Positions 55,901-64,000 of a stretch of 64,000 nucleotides of DNA are shown piece by piece (position 1 is the first letter of the stretch; each line of letters begins with the position of its first letter). Below the pieces are notes generated by a model. That model was not told the DNA's origin, did no database searches, and saw only the letters and a list, made by a program, of their open reading frames with translations. A program made the translations under genes and the position numbers. Where the stretch lies: contig CAXKVF010000072.1 in assembly GCA_964057225.1 (NCBI GenBank), positions 248,001 through 312,000 on the forward strand. The letters are read 5' to 3'. Origin of the DNA: Auanema rhodensis. Its lineage: Eukaryota; Animalia; Nematoda.

Positions 55901-58900
55901 CATCACGTGTACATTTAATTAGCATAAATTAAAGTTCACGTAAATTTCAAAGTCATGGTTACCATGAAGCAATATCAATAAAAATTTGTTTTTAGACTAA
56001 TATGGACATGAAGAATCTAATTTTGAAAACCGCATCTCTTTATCTTTCACGTGAAGCGAGTTACATACCAAGTGCACATCACGTGTACATTTAATTAGCA
56101 TAAATTAAAGTTCACGTAAATTTCAAAGTCATGGTTACCATGAACCAATATCAATAAAAATTTGTTTTTAGACTAATATGGACATGGGGAATCTAATTTT
56201 GAAAACCGCATCTCTTTATCTTTCACGTGAAGCGAGTTACATACCAAGTGCACATCACGTGTACATTTAATTAGCATAAATTAAAGTTCACGTAAATTTC
56301 AAAGTCATGGTTACCATGAACCAATATCAATAAAAATTTGTTTTTAGACTAATATGGACATGGGTAATCTAATTTTGAAAACCGCATCTCTTTATCTTTC
56401 ACGTGAAGCGAGTTACATACCAAGTGCACATCACGTGTACATTTAATTAGCATAAATTAAAGTTCACGTAAATTTCAAAGTCATGGTTACCATGCACCAA
56501 TATCAATAAAAATTTGTTTTTAGACTAATATGGACATGGGGAATCTAATTTTGAAAACCGCATCTCTTTATCTTTCACGTGAAGCGAGTTACATACCAAG
56601 TGCACATCACGTGTACATTTAATTAGCATAAATTAAAGTTCACGTAAATTTCAAAGTTATGGTTACCATGCACCAATATCAATAAAAATTTGTTTTTAGA
56701 CTAATATGGACATGGGGAATCTAATTTTGAAAACCGCATCTCTTTATCTTTCACGTGAAGCGAGTTACATACCAAGTGCACATCACGTGTACATTTAATT
56801 AGCATAAATTAAAGTTCACGTAAATTTCAAAGTCATGGTTACCATGAACCAATATCAATAAAAATTTGTTTTTAGACTAATATGGACATGAGGAATCTAA
56901 TTTTGAAAACCGCATCTCTTTATCTTTCACGTGAAGCGAGTTACATACCAAGTGCACATCACGTGTACATTTAATTAGCATAAATTAAAGTTCACGTAAA
57001 TTTCAAAGTCATGGTTACCATGAACCAATATCAATAAAAATTTGTTTTTAGACTAATATGGACATGGGGAATCTAATTTTGAAAACCGCATCTCTTTATC
57101 TTTCACGTGAAGCGAGTTACATACCAAGTGCACATCACGTGTACATTTAATTAGCATAAATTAAAGTTCACGTAAATTTCAAAGTCATGGTTACCATGAA
57201 GCAATATCAATAAAAATTTGTTTTTAGACTAATATGGATATGGGGAATCTAATTTTGAAAACCGCTTCTCTTTATCTTTCACGTGAAGCGAGTTACATAC
57301 CAAGTGCACATCACGTGTACATTTAATTAGCATAAATTAAAGTTCACGTAAATTTCAAAGTCATGGTTACCATGAAGCAATATCAATAAAAATTTGTTTT
57401 TAGACTAATATGGACATGAAGAATCTAATTTTGAAAACCGCATCTCTTTATCTTTCACGTGAAGCGAGTTACATACCAAGTGCACATCACGTGTACATTT
57501 AATTAGCATAAATTAAAGTTCACGTAAATTTCAAAGTCAAGGTTACCATGAACCAATATCAATAAAAATTTGTTTTTAGACTAATATGGACATGGGGAAT
57601 CTAATTTTGAAAACCGCATCTCTTTATCTTTCACGTGAAGCGAGTTACATACCAAGTGCACATCACGTGTACATTTAATTAGCATAAATTAAAGTTCACG
57701 TAAATTTCAAAGTCATGGTTACCATGAACCAATATCAATAAAAATTTGTTTTTAGACTAATATGGACATGGGTAATCTAATTTTGAAAACCGCATCTCTT
57801 TATCTTTCACGTGAAGCGAGTTACATACCAAGTGCACATCACGTGTACATTTAATTAGCATAAATTAAAGTTCACGTAAATTTCAAAGTCATGGTTACCA
57901 TGCACCAATATCAATAAAAATTTGTTTTTAGACTAATATGGACATGGGGAATCTAATTTTGAAAACCGCATCTCTTTATCTTTCACGTGAAGCGAGTTAC
58001 ATACCAAGTGCACATCACGTGTACATTTAATTAGCATAAATTAAAGTTCACGTAAATTTCAAAGTTATGGTTACCATGCACCAATATCAATAAAAATTTG
58101 TTTTTAGACTAATATGGACATGGGGAATCTAATTTTGAAAACCGCATCTCTTTATCTTTCACGTGAAGCGAGTTACATACCAAGTGCACATCACGTGTAC
58201 ATTTAATTAGCATAAATTAAAGTTCACGTAAATTTCAAAGTCATGGTTACCATGAACCAATATCAATAAAAATTTGTTTTTAGACTAATATGGACATGGG
58301 GAATCTAATTTTGAAAACCGCATCTCTTTATCTTTCACGTGAAGCGAGTTACATACCAAGTGCACATCACGTGTACATTTAATTAGCATAAATTAAAGTT
58401 CACGTAAATTTCAAAGTCATGGTTACCATGAACCAATATCAATAAAAATTTGTTTTTAGACTAATATGCACATGGGGAATCTAATTTTGAAAACCGCATC
58501 TCTTTATCTTTCACGTGAAGCGAGTTACATACCAAGTGCACATCACGTGTACATTTAATTAGCATAAATTAAAGTTCACGTAAATTTCAAAGTCATGGTT
58601 ACCATGAACCAATATCAATAAAAATTTGTTTTTAGACTAATATGGACATGGGGAATCTAATTTTGAAAACCGCATCTCTTTATCTTTCACGTGAAGCGAG
58701 TTACATACCAAGTGCACATCACGTGTACATTTAATTAGCATAAATTAAAGTTCACGTAAATTTCAAAGTCATGGTTACCATGAAGCAATATCAATAAAAA
58801 TTTGTTTTTAGACTAATATGGACATGGGGAATCTAATTTTGAAAACCGCTTCTCTTTATCTTTCACGTGAAGCGAGTTACATACCAAGTGCACATCACGT

Positions 58901-59832
58901 GTACATTTAATTAGCATAAATTAAAGTTCACGTAAATTTCAAAGTCATGGTTACCATGAAGCAATATCAATAAAAATTTGTTTTTAGACTAATATGGACA
59001 TGAAGAATCTAATTTTGAAAACCGCATCTCTTTATCTTTCACGTGAAGCGAGTTACATACCAAGTGCACATCACGTGTACATTTAATTAGCATAAATTAA
59101 AGTTCACGTAAATTTCAAAGTCAAGGTTACCATGAACCAATATCAATAAAAATTTGTTTTTAGACTAATATGGACATGGGGAATCTAATTTTGAAAACCG
59201 CATCTCTTTATCTTTCACGTGAAGCGAGTTACATACCAAGTGCACATCACGTGTACATTTAATTAGCATAAATTAAAGTTCACGTAAATTTCAAAGTCAT
59301 GGTTACCATGAACCAATATCAATAAAAATTTGTTTTTAGACTAATATGGACATGGGTAATCTAATTTTGAAAACCGCATCTCTTTATCTTTCACGTGAAG
59401 CGAGTTACATACCAAGTGCACATCACGTGTACATTTAATTAGCATAAATTAAAGTTCACGTAAATTTCAAAGTCATGGTTACCATGCACCAATATCAATA
59501 AAAATTTGTTTTTAGACTAATATGGACATGGGGAATCTAATTTTGAAAACCGCATCTCTTTATCTTTCACGTGAAGCGAGTTACATACCAAGTGCACATC
59601 ACGTGTACATTTAATTAGCATAAATTAAAGTTCACGTAAATTTCAAAGTCATGGTTACCATGAACCAATATCAATAAAAATTTGTTTTTAGACTAATATG
59701 GACATGGGTAATCTAATTTTGAAAACCGCATCTCTTTATCTTTCACGTGAAGCGAGTTACATACCAAGTGCACATCACGTGTACATTTAATTAGCATAAA
59801 TTAAAGTTCACGTAAATTTCAAAGTCATGGTT

Positions 59833-59999
59833 ACCATGCACCAATATCAATAAAAATTTGTTTTTAGACTAATATGGACATGGGGAATCTAATTTTGAAA
59901 ACCGCATCTCTTTATCTTTCACGTTACATACCAAGTGCACATCACGTGTACATTTAATTAGCATAAATTTAAGTTCACGTAAATTTCAAAGTCATGGTT
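59833..59999 (+). repeat. 167-bp deletion monomer (second copy)
   Basis: Identical 9-bp deletion, C type and p147T as the monomer at 43825. Confidence 0.95.
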
Positions 60000-62900
60000 A
60001 CCATGCACCAATATCAATAAAAATTTGTTTTTAGACTAATATGGACATGGGGAATCTAATTTTGAAAACCGCATCTCTTTATCTTTCACGTGAAGCGAGT
60101 TACATACCAAGTGCACATCACGTGTACATTTAATTAGCATAAATTAAAGTTCACGTAAATTTCAAAGTCATGGTTACCATGAACCAATATCAATAAAAAT
60201 TTGTTTTTAGACTAATATGGACATGGGGAATCTAATTTTGAAAACCGCATCTCTTTATCTTTCACGTGAAGCGAGTTACATACCAAGTGCACATCACGTG
60301 TACATTTAATTAGCATAAATTAAAGTTCACGTAAATTTCAAAGTCATGGTTACCATGAACCAATATCAATAAAAATTTGTTTTTAGACTAATATGCACAT
60401 GGGGAATCTAATTTTGAAAACCGCATCTCTTTATCTTTCACGTGAAGCGAGTTACATACCAAGTGCACATCACGTGTACATTTAATTAGCATAAATTAAA
60501 GTTCACGTAAATTTCAAAGTCATGGTTACCATGAACCAATATCAATAAAAATTTGTTTTTAGACTAATATGAACATGGGGAATCTAATTTTGAAAACCGC
60601 ATCTCTTTATCTTTCACGTGAAGCGAGTTACATACCAAGTGCACATCACGTGTACATTTAATTAGCATAAATTAAAGTTCACGTAAATTTCAAAGTCATG
60701 GTTACCATGAAGCAATATCAATAAAAATTTGTTTTTAGACTAATATGGACATGGGGAATCTAATTTTGAAAACCGCTTCTCTTTATCTTTCACGTGAAGC
60801 GAGTTACATACCAAGTGCACATCACGTGTACATTTAATTAGCATAAATTAAAGTTCACGTAAATTTCAAAGTCATGGTTACCATGAAGCAATATCAATAA
60901 AAATTTGTTTTTAGACTAATATGGACATGAAGAATCTAATTTTGAAAACCGCATCGCTTTATCTTTCACGTGAAGCGAGTTACATACCAAGTGCACATCA
61001 CGTGTACATTTAATTAGCATAAATTAAAGTTCACGTAAATTTCAAAGTCAAGGTTACCATGAACCAATATCAATAAAAATTTGTTTTTAGACTAATATGG
61101 ACATGGGGAATCTAATTTTGAAAACCGCATCTCTTTATCTTTCACGTGAAGCGAGTTACATACCAAGTGCACATCACGTGTACATTTAATTAGCATAAAT
61201 TAAAGTTCACGTAAATTTCAAAGTCATGGTTACCATGAACCAATATCAATAAAAATTTGTTTTTAGACTAATATGGACATGGGTAATCTAATTTTGAAAA
61301 CCGCATTTCTTTATCTTTCACGTGAAGCGAGTTACATACCAAGTGCACATCACGTGTACATTTAATTAGCATAAATTAAAGTTCACGTAAATTTCAAAGT
61401 CATGGTTACCATGCACCAATATCAATAAAAATTTGTTTTTAGACTAATATGGACATGGGGAATCTAATTTTGAAAACCGCATCTCTTTATCTTTCACGTG
61501 AAGCGAGTTACATACCAAGTGCACATCACGTGTACATTTAATTAGCATAAATTAAAGTTCACGTAAATTTCAAAGTCATGGTTACCATGAACCAATATCA
61601 ATAAAAATTTGTTTTTAGACTAATATGGACATGGGGAATCTAATTTTGAAAACCGCATCTCTTTATCTTTCACGTGAAGCGAGTTACATACCAAGTGCAC
61701 ATCACGTGTACATTTAATTAGCATAAATTAAAGTTCACGTAAATTTCAAAGTCATGGTTACCATGAACCAATATCAATAAAAATTTGTTTTTAGACTAAT
61801 ATGGACATGGGTAATCTAATTTTGAAAACCGCATCTCTTTATCTTTCACGTGAAGCGAGTTACATACCAAGTGCACATCACGTGTACATTTAATTAGCAT
61901 AAATTAAAGTTCACGTAAATTTCAAAGTCATGGTTACCATGCACCAATATCAATAAAAATTTGTTTTTAGACTAATATGGACATGGGGAATCTAATTTTG
62001 AAAACCGCATCTCTTTATCTTTCACGTGAAGCGAGTTACATACCAAGTGCACATCACGTGTACATTTAATTAGCATAAATTAAAGTTCACGTAAATTTCA
62101 AAGTCATGGTTACCATGCACCAATATCAATAAAAATTTGTTTTTAGACTAATATGGACATGGGGAATCTAATTTTGAAAACCGCATCTCTTTATCTTTCA
62201 CGTGAAGCGAGTTACATACCAAGTGCACATCACGTGTACATTTAATTAGCATAAATTAAAGTTCACGTAAATTTCAAAGTCATGGTTACCATGAACCAAT
62301 ATCAATAAAAATTTGTTTTTAGACTAATATGGACATGGGGAATCTAATTTTGAAAACCGCATCTCTTTATCTTTCACGTGAAGCGAGTTACATACCAAGT
62401 GCACATCACGTGTACATTTAATTAGCATAAATTAAAGTTCACGTAAATTTCAAAGTCATGGTTACCATGAACCAATATCAATAAAAATTTGTTTTTAGAC
62501 TAATATGGACATGGGGAATCTAATTTTGAAAACCGCATCTCTTTATCTTTCACGTGAAGCGAGTTACATACCAAGTGCACATCACGTGTACATTTAATTA
62601 GCATAAATTAAAGTTCACGTAAATTTCAAAGTCATGGTTACCATGAAGCAATATCAATAAAAATTTGTTTTTAGACTAATATGGACATGGGGAATCTAAT
62701 TTTGAAAACCGCATCTCTTTATCTTTCACGTGAAGCGAGTTACATACCAAGTGCACATCACGTGTACATTTAATTAGCATAAATTAAAGTTCACGTAAAT
62801 TTCAAAGTCATGGTTACCATGAACCAATATCAATAAAAATTTGTTTTTAGACTAATATGGACATGGGGAATCTAATTTTGAAAACCGCATCTCTTTATCT

Positions 62901-64000
62901 TTCACGTGAAGCGAGTTACATACCAAGTGCACATCACGTGTACATTTAATTAGCATAAATTAAAGTTCACGTAAATTTCAAAGTCATGGTTACCATGAAG
63001 CAATATCAATAAAAATTTGTTTTTAGACTAATATGGACATGGGGAATCTAATTTTGAAAACCGCATCTCTTTATCTTTCACGTGAAGCGAGTTACATACC
63101 AAGTGCACATCACGTGTACATTTAATTAGCATAAATTAAAGTTCACGTAAATTTCAAAGTCATGGTTACCATGAAGCAATATCAATAAAAATTTGTTTTT
63201 AGACTAATATGGACATGGGGAATCTAATTTTGAAAACCGCATCTCTTTATCTTTCACGTGAAGCGAGTTACATACCAAGTGCACATCACGTGTACATTTA
63301 ATTAGCATAAATTAAAGTTCACGTAAATTTTAAAGTCATGGTTACCATGAACCAATATCAATAAAAATTTGTTTTTAGACTAATATGGACATGGGGAATC
63401 TAATTTTGAAAACCGCATCTCTTTATCTTTCACGTGAAGCGAGTTACATACCAAGTGCACATCACGTGTACATTTAATTAGCATAAATTAAAGTTCACGT
63501 AAATTTCAAAGTCATGGTTACCATGAACCAATATCAATAAAAATTTGTTTTTAGACTAATATGGACATGGGGAATCTAATTTTGAAAACCGCATCTCTTT
63601 ATCTTTCACGTGAAGCGAGTTACATACCAAGTGCACATCACGTGTACATTTAATTAGCATAAATTAAAGTTCACGTAAATTTCAAAGTCATGGTTACCAT
63701 GAACCAATATCAATAAAAATTTGTTTTTAGACTAATATGGACATGGGGAATCTAATTTTGAAAACCGCATATCTTTATCTTTCACGTGAAGCGAGTTACA
63801 TACCAAGTGCACATCACGTGTACATTTAATTAGCATAAATTAAAGTTCACGTAAAATTTAAAGTCATGGTTACCATGAAGCAATATCAATAAAAATTTGT
63901 TTTTAGACTAATATGGACATGGGGAATCTAATTTTGAAAACCGCATCTCTTTATCTTTCACGTGAAGCGAGTTACATACCAAGTGCACATCACGTGTACA

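Larger units (their letters stand above)
1..64000. repeat. 176-bp tandem satellite DNA array (~363.7 copies), probably (peri)centromeric heterochromatin
   Basis: Consensus ACCATGAACCAATATCAATAAAAATTTGTTTTTAGACTAATATGGACATGGGGAATCTAATTTTGAAAACCGCATCTCTTTATCTTTCACGTGAAGCGAGTTACATACCAAGTGCACATCACGTGTACATTTAATTAGCATAAATTAAAGTTCACGTAAATTTCAAAGTCATGGTT recurs at 1, 177, 353 and onward. The register is exact to 43825 (15 copies = 2640 bp; lines 2641, 5281, 7921 all begin ACCATG). It then shifts by -9, +1 and -9. The array runs off both window ends. The satellite call is direct; the centromeric role is inferred only from length and homogeneity. Confidence 0.99.
35377..64000 (+). repeat. Two tandem copies of a ~13.5-16 kb macro-unit (35377-48919 and 48920 to the window end)
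   Basis: Collinear rare markers: p4T (35553/49096), p100C (36609/50152), p51T52T (36785/50328), p114A (37841/52089), p112A (39601/54553), 9-bp deletion (43825/59833), p76A+p161A+p164T (47864/63696). Confidence 0.85.

Noticed and set aside
1-64000. CRISPR array or other repeat-spacer/cassette system
   Set aside because: There are no unique spacers. The entire 176 bp is repeated, and no cas, integrase or other gene is present.

Overview
The whole 64 kb window is one uninterrupted, head-to-tail satellite DNA array of a 176-bp monomer (~32% GC by hand count). It holds 363 complete copies plus a 129-nt partial copy, all in the same orientation. Monomers usually differ from consensus at 0-3 positions. 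I see no genes, RNA genes, transposon insertions, CRISPR spacers or unique sequence. Monomer length and homogeneity fit a eukaryotic centromeric or pericentromeric satellite, but I cannot identify the species or family. The structure is in the variants. Read by eye, shared SNPs and indels show nested duplications of 1, 2, 4, 5-9, 19, 49 and ~77-93 monomers, two variant-defined domains, and chimeric monomers. Variation is uneven along the monomer, and I saw no CpG deamination-type changes. The monomer is dense in dyad symmetries and carries three TCACGT motifs 32-33 bp apart. I found no gene-based novel system. Notation: Mn is monomer number, with M1 starting at position 1. pN is position within the monomer. 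Types A/G/C are ATGAACC/ATGAAGC/ATGCACC at p4-10. All variant calls are manual and need computational confirmation.
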